Origin: an uncultured Chthonomonadaceae bacterium | GTDB taxonomy: Bacteria; Armatimonadota; Chthonomonadetes; Chthonomonadales; Chthonomonadaceae | Direction: 5' to 3' | DNA: 64,000 bases | Assembly: GCA_963817895.1 (NCBI GenBank) | Contig: CAWFQB010000014.1 | Coordinates: forward strand, 608,001 to 672,000 | In this document: positions 20,097 to 30,259 of the stretch, one piece after another | Position numbering within the stretch: the first letter of the stretch is position 1 | Layout of the letters: the number at the start of each line of letters is the position of its first letter | Translations under genes and position numbers: made by a program | Notes under the pieces: generated by a model | Seen by the model: the letters and a program-made list of their open reading frames with translations, nothing else | The model's database searches: none | What the model was told of the DNA's origin: nothing

Positions 20097-21131
20097 CTAC
20101 TCCACCAGAAACTCGAACTTGAACCGCTGCACGCTGCTTATGGGTTCGCCGTTTTTCAGGGCGGGCTTCCACTTCCACTTTTTCAGGGCGCTCAGAACGC
20201 GGCTGTCAATCTCCTGATTGCCCGACGAAGTGCGCAGAGTGACGTTGGCGTTGCCGTCCGCATCCACTTCTACGGCTACGCGCACGAACGACTTGAAATC
20301 TCCGTGCTTGAGTTCGTCAGGAATGTCGGGTTTTACCTGATCCTGCGGCTCGGCTTCCTTTGTCGGGCCGCGCTTTTTAGGCTTTGGCTCCGGCGCAGGG
20401 TCGGGGTTCGGGTCCGGTTTCGGCTGTGGTTCCGGGGCGGGAACATCCTTTTTGTCGCTGCCGGAGGGCTGCGGTTTCGGGTCCGGTTTGGGGTCAGGCT
20501 TTGGGTCCGGTTTGGGAACCGGCTGCGGAACCGGGGTTTTCACAACCACATCCGGGTTGGTTTTGGCGTTGCCCGCGCCCTGCTGATTGGTCGGCTTGCC
20601 CACATCCGCGTTGCCGCCCGGCAGTACGACATGCTCATCGGGTTTGGGCGCGGTTTTGTTGTCTGGCGCGGTGAGAACGCGATTATGCGAAGTCTCCGGT
20701 GTCGGTACGGGATTGCTTTTTGCAGGTTTGGGTGGCTCCGGCGGGCGGGGCGTGTCCCGACGCGCGATTTGCGGACGCTCCCGATGCGGCGCCGGCGCGA
20801 CGATATGCGGGCGTTCGCGAGGAACGACAGGAACCGGCCGGGGCTTCAGCATCTCCTTGTGTACCTGAACGATTTTCTTCGCGATCTGCTCTTTCTTGAT
20901 GATCTTTTCCACCCGTTTGCCATTCGGCTGAATTACGACGCGCGTAATTTCGACGGGTTTTGGATCGTGAAAATGCGCCGGATGCACCGCCACAGCTGCC
21001 GCCCCGCTCCACAGCAGCAGGTTTAGCAGCAGGGATACGCCCACGCTGATGCTCAACCGCTTGTCCAGAGGGTCGTTCAGAAGCGTACTTTGCCCCTCAG
21101 ACAGTTCTTTCAAGCCGGGTTGTGTACTCAT
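20097..21131 (-). CDS. tonB: TonB protein
   Basis: N-terminal TM, (KPDP)n Pro-rich spacer, C-terminal SSG...WKWKPA. Confidence 0.9.
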   Translation of the reverse strand: MSTQPGLKELSEGQSTLLNDPLDKRLSISVGVSLLLNLLLWSGAAAVAVHPAHFHDPKPVEITRVVIQPNGKRVEKIIKKEQIAKKIVQVHKEMLKPRPVPVVPRERPHIVAPAPHRERPQIARRDTPRPPEPPKPAKSNPVPTPETSHNRVLTAPDNKTAPKPDEHVVLPGGNADVGKPTNQQGAGNAKTNPDVVVKTPVPQPVPKPDPKPDPKPDPKPQPSGSDKKDVPAPEPQPKPDPNPDPAPEPKPKKRGPTKEAEPQDQVKPDIPDELKHGDFKSFVRVAVEVDADGNANVTLRTSSGNQEIDSRVLSALKKWKWKPALKNGEPISSVQRFKFEFLVE

Positions 21132-21146
21132 CGCGAACTCTCCTTG

Positions 21147-21572
21147 TTATTTCCCCTGCTCCGGCGCGGTGGCAATGGCGAACTTTGTAATGCCGACGCT
21201 CCGCGATTCATCAATGCACTTCACGACAATGCCGTGCGGCACGGTCAGGTCGGCGTTGATGACAACCGAAGCGTTCGCCAAATCCACGTTCGGGCCGCCC
21301 GCTTTTTGTACCAGAAGCGTTCCCAGATCGGCCAGCGCAACCGGCTCCTTGTTGACAAAAACCTGCTGGTCTTTGTCAACCGTAATCGTCAGGTCGCTTG
21401 CCGGCTGTTTGGGCGCGGTAGATGCGCGGGGCAGATTGACGGGCAGGCCATTCAATCGCACAAGCGCCAGCGACGACAGCATGAAGAACACGAGCAGAAA
21501 GAACATCGTGTCAATCATGGGAATAATCTCGATTCGGGTGCGTTTAAGCTCGCGGCGTCGTTTGAATTCCAC
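21147..21572 (-). CDS. exbD: ExbD
   Basis: IIPMIDTMFFLLVFFM, VNLP, INAD. Confidence 0.93.
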   Translation of the reverse strand: MEFKRRRELKRTRIEIIPMIDTMFFLLVFFMLSSLALVRLNGLPVNLPRASTAPKQPASDLTITVDKDQQVFVNKEPVALADLGTLLVQKAGGPNVDLANASVVINADLTVPHGIVVKCIDESRSVGITKFAIATAPEQGK

Positions 21573-22251
21573 GAATAGCTCCCTCCTCGAAATTCATTCC
21601 CGCTTCCGTATGGTTCTGCTGCGCCCGCTCCTGATGATGCCGCTCGGTCAGCGCGTTGATAAGCTTCGTCGCGGCTTGCTCGGTTTCGGATGTAATCGTT
21701 CGCAGGCGCGCGGCAAAATAGTTGTACGCGACAAAGCAGATTACGGCGACGAGAATACCCGTCGCGGTCGCGTACAAGGCTTCGCCCACGCCCGCCAGAA
21801 CCGCGTCGCTGTTGTTGTGGTTGGCCTGACTGGCAATCGCGCTGAACGTGCCGATCATGCCGACAATGGTTCCCAACAGTCCCAACAGCGGCGAAATGGT
21901 GGTTGTCGTATCCAGCACGGGCAGCATCCGCTCCAATCGGATAAAGTAGTCCTGTCCCGCCTCCTCCACGAGCCGCTCCACTTCCCGCGTCGGCTGATTG
22001 CGGTGCTGCAAAACAACCGTCAGACACGCGGCAACCGGCCCACTCCGCGCCTGACACGCCTTTAATGCCGCCTCATACTGCCCGCCCCGGCACTGCTTGA
22101 GAACTTCCCCGAGCAGTCCGGGCGCGATATTGCCGAACTGCCGGTACGCCAATCCCCGCTCCACAATGACCACAATCGCCACAATGGACAGCAGCAGCAA
22201 GGGGTACATCACAAATCCGCCCGCCCGTATAAAATGTAGGATGCTTGACAT
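21544..22251 (-). CDS. exbB: ExbB / MotA-TolQ-ExbB proton channel
   Basis: SPLLGLLGTIVGMI, EALYATATG. Confidence 0.93.
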   Translation of the reverse strand: MSSILHFIRAGGFVMYPLLLLSIVAIVVIVERGLAYRQFGNIAPGLLGEVLKQCRGGQYEAALKACQARSGPVAACLTVVLQHRNQPTREVERLVEEAGQDYFIRLERMLPVLDTTTTISPLLGLLGTIVGMIGTFSAIASQANHNNSDAVLAGVGEALYATATGILVAVICFVAYNYFAARLRTITSETEQAATKLINALTERHHQERAQQNHTEAGMNFEEGAIRGIQTTPRA

Positions 22252-22264
22252 GAGTAGTACCTGA

Positions 22265-22386
22265 GTAGACAGTAGACGGTAGACGGTAGACGGTAGAAAC
22301 CCATTGCGCCTCACCCATTATCTATGTTGAAACGGAGAGTAGAAGCGCAGGTTCCTACCGTCTACCGTCTACCGTCTACTATCTAC
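22265..22386. repeat. Paired inverted heptamer arrays (GTAGACG)
   Basis: Direct read of both arms. Confidence 0.85.
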
Positions 22387-22393
22387 CTCCTTT

Positions 22394-25034
22394 TCAGAAA
22401 TTCCCCGACAGCGACAGCAGAACGCGCCTTCCCTGCTGGAAGCGGGTGCCGCTGAAGCCGGAGTTGAAGTTGATAACCGTACGGTCGTCGAGCAGGTTTT
22501 CAATGGCAAGCGTCAGGCCGCCCCGCCCGCCTGCCCCGCCGCCGAAGAGTCGGGGGCCGGTGGAAAGCGACAGGTTCAGTTCCGTGCGCGGCTGCCGCTG
22601 GCCGTTGAACAGGGTTGCCGTGCTTTTGGGATTGGCGCTGACGATCACGCTGGACGCCACTCCACTGCCGTGATAGAGATTGAGGCCGGCGTTCGCGCCG
22701 GATTTCAGCGTATACGCCAGTCCCGCGCTGATGGTGTTCAGTTGGTCGTGGTCGTTGAAGGTGGGAGCCTGTCGCCCCGTGTTGTCCAGACCGTTGGGCT
22801 TGGCGATAGCATAGGCGTAGGACACGTAGGAACTCAGGCCGACGTTGTTGCGGGGCGTGAGGTTATAGGAGAATTCCGCGCCATGCACCGCTCCCCGCTC
22901 GAAGTTGACCGAAGAGTACACGCCGATCTGCGAACCGGGAATCAGCAGGCCAGTATCAATCTGGTTGGAAATGTCCTTGTAATAGTAGGCGACTTTCACG
23001 GTCTGCCCTGTCCCAATCTGCCGCTCCACGCTGGCCTCGTACTGGTTGAGCGTTTCAGGGCGGATGGGCTGCGCCGATGATTGCGCCCTGCGCCAGTGGC
23101 GGCTGAATGAACAGGCGGTTGAAGGAGAGGCGGCCTACGGTTTTGGGCGTGAGCAGATAGGCGAGATTGATGCGGGGCGACAGGTGTACCTGATCAATGG
23201 AGGGCTGCCCCAGATTCTGCTTCTGCTGATACCAGTCCACGCGGAAACCATAGTTGAGCGTGGTTCGGGCAGTGGCAAGCCACGTATCCTGCAAATATCC
23301 TGCCGCATAAAAACCGGTACGATGCACGTTGACAACGGGCGATGTACCCGATGTGGGCGTATAAACCGGATTGCCGTTGACATCCATTGCCATCCCCGAC
23401 GTTCCCTGCGGAGCCAGATTGGGCGTGAAGACGGCAAGCGCGTTCAGCGCCAGTTGGCTGCCTGGAGTGATCTGGTACGACTCGTCGCCCTCCTGATTGT
23501 CGTAGAGCAGGCCGCCCTTGTAGGTGTGCTTGGGACGCGCGGCGGTGATGCTGCCCTGTATCTGCGCGTGGTGGTAGTTGCGAATGATGGTCGGATTGAA
23601 TTCCAGCGAACTGTCAACCGGCAATCCGAAGTCGGCGGCAAGGGGATTGATGTTCAGCGAACCGTTGTTGTTCTTGATATCCTGCCCTGAATGGACAAGC
23701 CCGAAGGAGAGCAGGCCGGTCGTGGTATCGCTGAATGAGTGGCGGACGCTAATCAGGCCGAAGTCATTAGTGTCGCGCTGGTTGATGTCCTGCCCCAACT
23801 GCTGCTGTGAGCCGAGCTGCAAAGGAGCCGCGCCAAGCGCGTTGCCGTTGAAGTTGGGATCGTTGGGATTGGTGATAACGTCCGGGCGCGTTCCATCCGC
23901 GTTCCGCGCTCCAAACAGGCCGTATCCCTGCCCGACGGGTTGAAACGCGCTCGGCAGGCCCGCCCGGTTAGCAATTTGGGTATACGCGGGCGCGGTGTTG
24001 AGCGTGAGGGAAACCTGATCGCGCGCCCCGGCCTGATAGGTGATGTTGCCGAATCCGCTGAGTTGCGAACCCGTATTGTGCGCTTCCTGATTGTCGGGTT
24101 GGGGCGGTTCCAGCGCGTTTGTGGTACGCCGCGCGTTGAGGTTGAAGAAGTAGCCGATGGAACGCGCCTGCCGCCCGTTCGCGTCCGGCGCGCCGATGGG
24201 TTTGCCCAACTGCCCGCCGAAAGTGAACGCGCCATAGAAGGTGGAATACTGGCCGCCCTGAAATTCCGCGCTTGCAAAGGGCATGATCGGGCCGGAGCGC
24301 AGATTCAGGTTGAGAATGGCGGCGGTTTCCCCTCCGTATTCGGGCGCGAAGCCGCCCGTCTGAATGTCGAGGTTCTGAATTACATCCGGCACAAGGATTT
24401 GACCGGCGCGGCCCTGAAGCGCGTCCGGCAATTCAAAGCCGTTGAGGAAAATGGCGGTTGCCGAGTGTTCGCCGCGCGGATGATACTGGTTTACCGAGTC
24501 CTGCGCGAAACCGGGAACCGTGCGCGTGACTTTACCCAAATCCTGCGGGTTGCCCGCTGTGGCGGGAAATGTCTTCACAAATTTCTGGTCGCGGCGGGTT
24601 TCGTTTGTGGTGTTGCGCTTGTCGGTCGTCTCTTTGCCCGACGTGATCTTGATAACCTTTTCCGGCCCGACAGGTTCGAGCAATACTTCCACATCGGTCA
24701 CGCGATCCGTAATGACCGTCTTGACCTGCTTATCCGGCTGGTAGTTTTCCGCAGTGGTGGTGATTTGCCAGTCGCGGTTGTCGAGTTCGGGGCTTGTGGC
24801 ATTGCCCTTCGGGTCCGAGGTCAGCGTAATGTCGGGGCGTACCCCGGCGGTGTCATGCAGAACGATTTTCGCGCCCGCAATGGGTTTTTCGTTCTTGTCG
24901 TTGGCGTCCTTGACAGTGAAACGCAGGCGTCCGACAACGTCGGCGCAGGCGCGTCCGGCGGCCATCAGGCTGAAGAAAACAGCCATGACGACCAGGCCGG
25001 ACAGACGCAGGATCGGTTTGTACCGATCTCTCAT
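22394..25034 (-). CDS. TonB-dependent receptor (one frameshift near 23070, probably sequencing error)
   Basis: Signal peptide, N-terminal Ig-like domain, plug motif GGFAPEYG, barrel strands, C-terminal Phe; ORFs 23055-25034 and 22394-23029 join. Confidence 0.88.
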
Positions 25035-25076
25035 GAGAATGTCCTCCCTTATTCAAAATAAATGAACAGTAACGGG

Positions 25077-25178
25077 TGGACGAAAGGGCGAGGACGTGCT
25101 ACAATCACGGTTGGAACCGGACGTGATTCGTCACGCTCGCCCGGCGCGTAGGTGTTACCAGCACCTATGCGCCTTTTT
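25077..25178. ncRNA. Structured module copy 3 in the TBDR leader
   Basis: TGGACG-17-TACAAT, long hairpin, 12-bp stem GGCGCGTAGGTG/CACCTATGCGCC plus TTTTT. Confidence 0.5.
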
Positions 25179-25408
25179 GTCGTCTGCCGGGGGCAACCTG
25201 CCAGATATGGCGTAAACAATCCGGTGTCAACGGATCGTCAACAGCCTGCCACTGGCAAGTTACGATGAGCGCGGCAACGTCAGCAAAACCATTGCGGCAG
25301 GCGTAATGAAACGTCAGATAGCCGCAAAACAGGTGTCGCAAAACGCCACCGCAAGGCATTTGTCGCAGTAAAGATGCTCTCGCGAAGCAACTGCAGGCCG
25401 CGAAGACA

Positions 25409-25432
25409 GGACATAACAAGTTATGTCCCTAC
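25409..25432 (-). repeat. GTAG-type REP
   Basis: GGACATAACAAGTTATGTCCCTAC; relatives at 35198, 35243, 38141, 42230. Confidence 0.75.
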
Positions 25433-25614
25433 GTTACCACAGCCGCGAGATTTATCTCACGGACTTTCGATAGTCTCTTATGCGATAAAATCAGGCAAGA
25501 ATCAAGCAGCCAAAAGCCTGTAAACAGGCGTCAGGACGCTTAACCCAAGACATTAAATTGTAAAATGTAAGTAGTGAAACAGCGAACATGCGCGGGGAAG
25601 CGCATTTTGAGGAA

Positions 25615-26115
25615 TCAAACAGTGGGCGGGCCACGCGAGGAAGTGGCAATCGCCCGCGAACGAAGGCAACGCGGCAGGGTGGTGACGACACGCGGCAGGG
25701 TGATAGGTTCCGTCTGAAACAGCGTGAATGGCTGCAAGGCGGCGGAAACCTGCATAGCCTGCCATTCGCAAGCCATACAATGCGCCGAGTGCGTTTTGCC
25801 GGCTTTCACAATCACGGACTTATGTGTCGCGCGATTTTTGGAAGCAGGCTTCTGCACGGCCTTATGCAGGTCGGGGTTCAACGCGGAGGCAGACTGCGCC
25901 ATCCTGTGGGGCTGCAAATTAGCTTCTGAAATCGTGAGGACGGAAAAACCGGTTTCTACCTCTTCGTTGCCGATATGCGTATGCTGAGAGGGCAGGAAAA
26001 CGCTGAGCATAAGGTAGCACAGGCCAAGCAGCAGCGTCCACACGCGCATGGACCGCTGACAGCGAAACGAGCGGCGTAAAGAACGTTGAAGCGAGCGCTC
26101 AAATGGACCGACCAT
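25615..26115 (-). CDS. DUF2946-like uORF with CxxC and C-terminal RGPP
   Basis: AGGAGG before ATG 26115; hydrophobic N-terminus, QHTH, HCMAC, ends SSRGPPTV; upstream of TBDR. Confidence 0.8.
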   Translation of the reverse strand: MVGPFERSLQRSLRRSFRCQRSMRVWTLLLGLCYLMLSVFLPSQHTHIGNEEVETGFSVLTISEANLQPHRMAQSASALNPDLHKAVQKPASKNRATHKSVIVKAGKTHSAHCMACEWQAMQVSAALQPFTLFQTEPITLPRVVTTLPRCLRSRAIATSSRGPPTV

Positions 26116-26156
26116 TGGTTTTCCTCCTTTCTCCGGCATTTGCAACTAGTCTTTCG

Positions 26157-26184
26157 ATTATAGCACAGTTTACGCCCATTGCAA
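26157..26184 (-). promoter_or_regulatory. Sigma70-like promoter of the TonB operon
   Basis: TTGCAA-16-TATAAT with TG extension. Confidence 0.6.
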
Positions 26185-26570
26185 CCGCAAACGTAAAATT
26201 TTCTGCGCCCGCTTTCTTCCCGCAAAATTCAAGCGCAAACTTTTTTGACAAAAGGTGTCACGCTGCAATCCCCGCCGCGTTTTCTTACCCTGTGCGAAGG
26301 AGCAGGGTTGGGAAGAACATTTCGACAGCCGACGCGGTTCAGCGTAGATAATCGGCAGTCCCATTCGCGTTCTCCCGGCCCGTGCAGCGCAGCCGCGCTT
26401 TCACCCTTTCCACTTTACATAGCGCAAGACCTTCAAACCAGATTTTGCGAATTCGGGATCAAGGGCCGGCCTGTTTTGGAGAAACCGGAACGGCCTGCCC
26501 TCCCTTACCTACGTGCCGTTCGCCGGCAGTGACGACGGGGGCGCTGACGTTACTGACGGGAACACACGAC

Positions 26571-26612
26571 GCGGGCAGTCCGAGGCGGAACGGACTGCCC
26601 GCAATTTGTTTA
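26571..26612. terminator. Terminator-like hairpin
   Basis: GCGGGCAGTCCG / CGGACTGCCCGC perfect 12-bp stem. Confidence 0.6.
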
Positions 26613-26614
26613 TT

Positions 26615-26745
26615 GTTCACCACCAAGACGCCAAGAACACCAAGGGGAGGCTAAAGAAAACTACAAAGCAGCACAACTCGCAAAGCTGTTTACTTCTCCT
26701 CTTCTTCTTGTCTTTCCTGGTGTTCTTGGCGTCTTGGTGGTGAAC
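26615..26745. repeat. Inverted-repeat element with ~9-mer subunits
   Basis: GTTCACCACCAAGACGCCAAGAACACCA ... TGGTGTTCTTGGCGTCTTGGTGGTGAAC abutting the accA stop. Confidence 0.85.
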
Positions 26746-27761
26746 TACTCTGTGCCTGTTTTCAGCAACACCGCCGGGTCTTCCCATTCGCCGATGCGCC
26801 GGAATTTCTCGTAGCGGGTGTGCTGTAGTTCGTCGGGGGAGAGTTTGCTCAACAGGGTCAGATTGCGGCTGATGCCCTGTTTGAGCGTGGCGGCCATTTC
26901 GGGCAGATTGCGGTGCGCGCCGCCCAGTGGTTCGGCAATGATTTCGTCTATGATACCGAATTCTAAGGCGTGGCGGGCGGTCAGCTTCAGGGCGTCGGCG
27001 GCTTCGGGAGCGCGGGCGCGGTCGTTCCACAAAATGGCCGCGCAGGATTCGGGCGGAATGACGGAATATACGGCGTGTTCCAGCATTAAAATGCGGTCGC
27101 CAACGGCAATACCCAACGCGCCGCCGCTGCCGCCCTCGCCGATAACCGCCACCACAATCGGGATACGCAGGCCAACCATTTCGCGCAGATTGACGGCAAT
27201 CGTCGCGCTGATCCCCTCTTCTTCCGCCAGCAAGTTCGCTTCCGCAGCGGGCGTATCCACGAATACGATTAAGGGCTTGTTAAACTTGTCGGCCAGTTTC
27301 ATCAGGCGCAGGGCTTTACGGAACCCGGCGGGACGCGCGCTGCCGAAGTTGCGCAGTTGCCGCTCTTTCAGGTCGCGCGCCTTCTGGTGTCCCAGAACGA
27401 CAACGGACTCGTTATGGAAACGCGCAAATCCGCCCACCACTGCGGGGTCATCGGCGTTCACGCGGTCGCCGTGCAATTCGGTAAAATCCTCAAAAAGCAG
27501 GTTGATATAATCTAAAGTATAGGGGCGTTGTGGGTGACGCGCCATCTGCACTTCATTCCACGGCGTCAGGCTGGAAAAGATATGCCGCATGGCCTGCTCC
27601 CGGCGGGTTTCCAATTTGGCAATCTCCGCGTCAATATCAATGCCCCGCGATTCGGCATCCGCCCGCGCCCCGGCTTCGGTCGCGAATCGCTTCAGTTCGA
27701 CGATCTTTTCATCTAAATCGGCTATCGGTTTTTCAAAATCAAAGGGGCTGTTAAGCGACAA
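26745..27761 (-). CDS. accA: Acetyl-CoA carboxylase carboxyltransferase alpha
   Basis: [28 protein letters not shown] before TTG 27761. Confidence 0.96.
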   Translation of the reverse strand: MSLNSPFDFEKPIADLDEKIVELKRFATEAGARADAESRGIDIDAEIAKLETRREQAMRHIFSSLTPWNEVQMARHPQRPYTLDYINLLFEDFTELHGDRVNADDPAVVGGFARFHNESVVVLGHQKARDLKERQLRNFGSARPAGFRKALRLMKLADKFNKPLIVFVDTPAAEANLLAEEEGISATIAVNLREMVGLRIPIVVAVIGEGGSGGALGIAVGDRILMLEHAVYSVIPPESCAAILWNDRARAPEAADALKLTARHALEFGIIDEIIAEPLGGAHRNLPEMAATLKQGISRNLTLLSKLSPDELQHTRYEKFRRIGEWEDPAVLLKTGTE

Positions 27762-28604
27762 GAGGAGCCTCCTCCGCAAAGAACGTCAACAGACGGCCCA
27801 GCGTTGCCCGCAATTCCCTGCGTGGCACGACCTGGTCAATCTGCCCGCTGCGGAACTGGAATTCGGATGTTTGAAAATCGTCCGGCAGTTTCGCGCCCAC
27901 ATCCTGATTGCCCACGCGCCGTCCGGCAAATCCAATCAACGCGCCCGGTTCGGCTAAAATCACGTCGCCAAGCGAGGCGTAGGAGGCGTACACGCCCGCC
28001 ATTGTGGGGTCGGTCAGCACGACAATATACGGCACGGCAGCGCGATCCAGACGGGCCACGCCCGCGCTTGTTTTCGCCATCTGCATCAGGGAGAAAATCC
28101 CCTCCTGCATCCGCGCGCCGCCGCCGTTGGCCGTGACCATTACAACGGGCAGGCGTTCGCGCGCCCGGATTCCATCAGGCGCATAATTTTTTCGCCTACC
28201 ACACTGCCCATCGAGCCGCCCATAAACGCGAAGTCCGCCACGCCAAGCATACAGGAATTTTCTTCTATACGCGCTTGTCCCGTTAAGATTGCATCGGTCA
28301 GGCCGGTTTTGGCGCGCGCCCGTCCAATTTTATCGGCATAATCGGGAAAGCCGAGCGGGTCTAAGGACTTCAATTCGCTGTTCATCTCCACGAAACTATC
28401 AGGATCAACCAGCATCTCCAGCCGCTCTTTCGCCGTCAGTTTGTGATGATACTCGCACTTGGCGCATACCATCAGGTTGCGCTGCACGTCCTTGGTAAAC
28501 GAGATGTCGTTACACCGGTCGCACTTGGTCCACAGACCTTCGGGAACATCGGCGGGCGCGCTGCCGTTGCGCTTGTGCCGGTTAAACCAACTTCCACGAG
28601 CCAT
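27751..28604 (-). CDS. accD: Acetyl-CoA carboxylase carboxyltransferase beta (frameshift near 28165, probably error)
   Basis: LWTKC..C zinc finger, [21 protein letters not shown] across two frames. Confidence 0.93.
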
Positions 28605-28696
28605 AACTATTAAGCCCTCAACTTCTTTATGCAGGATTATTCAGACGCAATGCAGAATCTTGGGCCACTCTCAATAAACCAAAGGAAACGAACCCT

Positions 28697-29761
28697 ATGA
28701 GTTTGCCCGAATGGCGCAAGGAAATTGACCGCATTGACGCGGAAGTGCTGGAACTGCTGAACCGCCGCGCGCAACTGGCGCAGCAAATCGGACACGCCAA
28801 AGCCAACACGCGCTCCCATTATTTTACCCCGGAACGCGAACATATCGTATTCAATCGGCTGTCCGCGCTGAATAAAGGGCCATTGGAGTCCAATTCGGTG
28901 CGCGCCATCTACAAAGAGGTCATTTCCGCGTGCCGCGCATTGGAAAAACCGCTGATGGTCGCGTTTCTCGGCCCGGAGGGAACGTTCAGCCATCTGGCAA
29001 GTCTGGCAAAGTTCGGCACGTCGTCGCAGTTTTCGCCCGAAGCCACGATTTCAGACGTGTTCGCGCAGGTAGAGCGCAGCGCGTGCGACTATGGCATCGT
29101 GCCGGTAGAGAACTCATGGGCGGGCGTGGTTCCCGAAACGCTGGACACGTTTATGAATTCCAACCTGCGCGTCGTCTCGGAAGTATACCAGCCCATCCAT
29201 CATAATCTGCTGACGAAATGCGAGGATTTGGCGCAGGTGAAACGCCTGTACTCCCATTTCCAGCCGCTCGCGCAGTGCCGCCAATGGCTGCGCAGCCATC
29301 TGGGGCATGTGGAGGAGGTTGAAGCGTCCAGCACATCCAAAGCGGCGGAACTGGCCTCGCACGACCCGGAAAGCGCGGCGATTGCAACCCTGCTGGCGGC
29401 GGAAAAATACGACATGCCCGTGTTGTGCGAGCATATCGAAGACAATCCGAGCAACCGAACCCGCTTTCTCGTCCTGGGTTACAACGAGCCTGAGCCAACG
29501 GGGAAAGATAAAACCTCTTTAATGTTCGCGGTTCCCAACCGGGCGGGCGAACTGGTACACGCGCTGAACGCCTTTGAAAAGTATGATGTGAACCTGACCA
29601 TGATCGAATCGCGCCCCAGCAAAACTGCCGCATGGCAGTACGTGTTTTACGTGGATGCACAGGGACACACCAAAGACGTGGCGGTTACAAAAGCCATCAC
29701 CCTGCTGAAAGAACACGTTTTGTTCGTTCGCGTCCTCGGTTCCTACCCGGAGTCGAGTTAG
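28697..29761 (+). CDS. pheA: Chorismate mutase / prephenate dehydratase
   Basis: N-terminal CM domain, LGPEGTFS, PVENS, NRTRF, IESRP. Confidence 0.96.
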   Translation: MSLPEWRKEIDRIDAEVLELLNRRAQLAQQIGHAKANTRSHYFTPEREHIVFNRLSALNKGPLESNSVRAIYKEVISACRALEKPLMVAFLGPEGTFSHLASLAKFGTSSQFSPEATISDVFAQVERSACDYGIVPVENSWAGVVPETLDTFMNSNLRVVSEVYQPIHHNLLTKCEDLAQVKRLYSHFQPLAQCRQWLRSHLGHVEEVEASSTSKAAELASHDPESAAIATLLAAEKYDMPVLCEHIEDNPSNRTRFLVLGYNEPEPTGKDKTSLMFAVPNRAGELVHALNAFEKYDVNLTMIESRPSKTAAWQYVFYVDAQGHTKDVAVTKAITLLKEHVLFVRVLGSYPESS

Positions 29762-29832
29762 CGCTTTGCAGGCGGGGCGAACGTCTCTGTGACGCATGAA
29801 TACCGAAAAGGCCGTATGCTGAAAAAGAGAAG

Positions 29833-29879
29833 AATATGTAGAGGCGTTGTCGAAATATTGGCAATGCAGCGCTTCCAGC
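29833..29879 (+). repeat. 47-bp dispersed repeat (copy 2)
   Basis: Matches 2241-2287 in reverse complement. Confidence 0.85.
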
Positions 29880-29980
29880 CATCCGGGCTTCGCCCGGATG
29901 AGGGTAGAAACTCCTACGTGGCGCAACACTATCGAAATGAATTCTCCTGCACAGACGAAATTAGCAGAGGAGGAAAACAG

Positions 29981-30259
29981 ATGCCAGCGCGTACTCAATA
30001 CCAGCAAGACAAACTACATATTGAGCAGGAAACAAATGCTGAAATAGCCTTCGGGATTCTCCTGGAACAAGCGGGCGTGGATTTTGACGCCTTTATGCAG
30101 GAGTGGAGTATCAGCCACAATCAGTTCAACTGCATCAGCCACTACCTGTACGGGCTGGCGGAGGAACTTCCCGAACTGCCACCCGCGCTTGCCGTGCTGC
30201 TGTTAGTGGCAGGCCGCAGAATCCTGTTATGGTCTGATTTCACTCGTCTTTGCGTTTGA
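29981..30259 (+). CDS. Hypothetical protein
   Basis: GAGGAGG before ATG 29981. Confidence 0.55.
   Translation: MPARTQYQQDKLHIEQETNAEIAFGILLEQAGVDFDAFMQEWSISHNQFNCISHYLYGLAEELPELPPALAVLLLVAGRRILLWSDFTRLCV

Noticed and set aside
19560..25450. Known riboswitch (cobalamin, yybP-ykoY, NiCo) in the TonB leaders
   Set aside because: I could not find their consensus motifs by eye; an Rfam scan is still needed.
25290..25450. Recurrent (G/C)CGC(A/G)A words upstream of the TBDR
   Set aside because: Short, irregularly spaced and expected in GC-rich DNA.
28140..28180. Programmed frameshift or pseudogene in accD
   Set aside because: No slippery site; normally essential gene; similar indels are widespread, so error is more likely.
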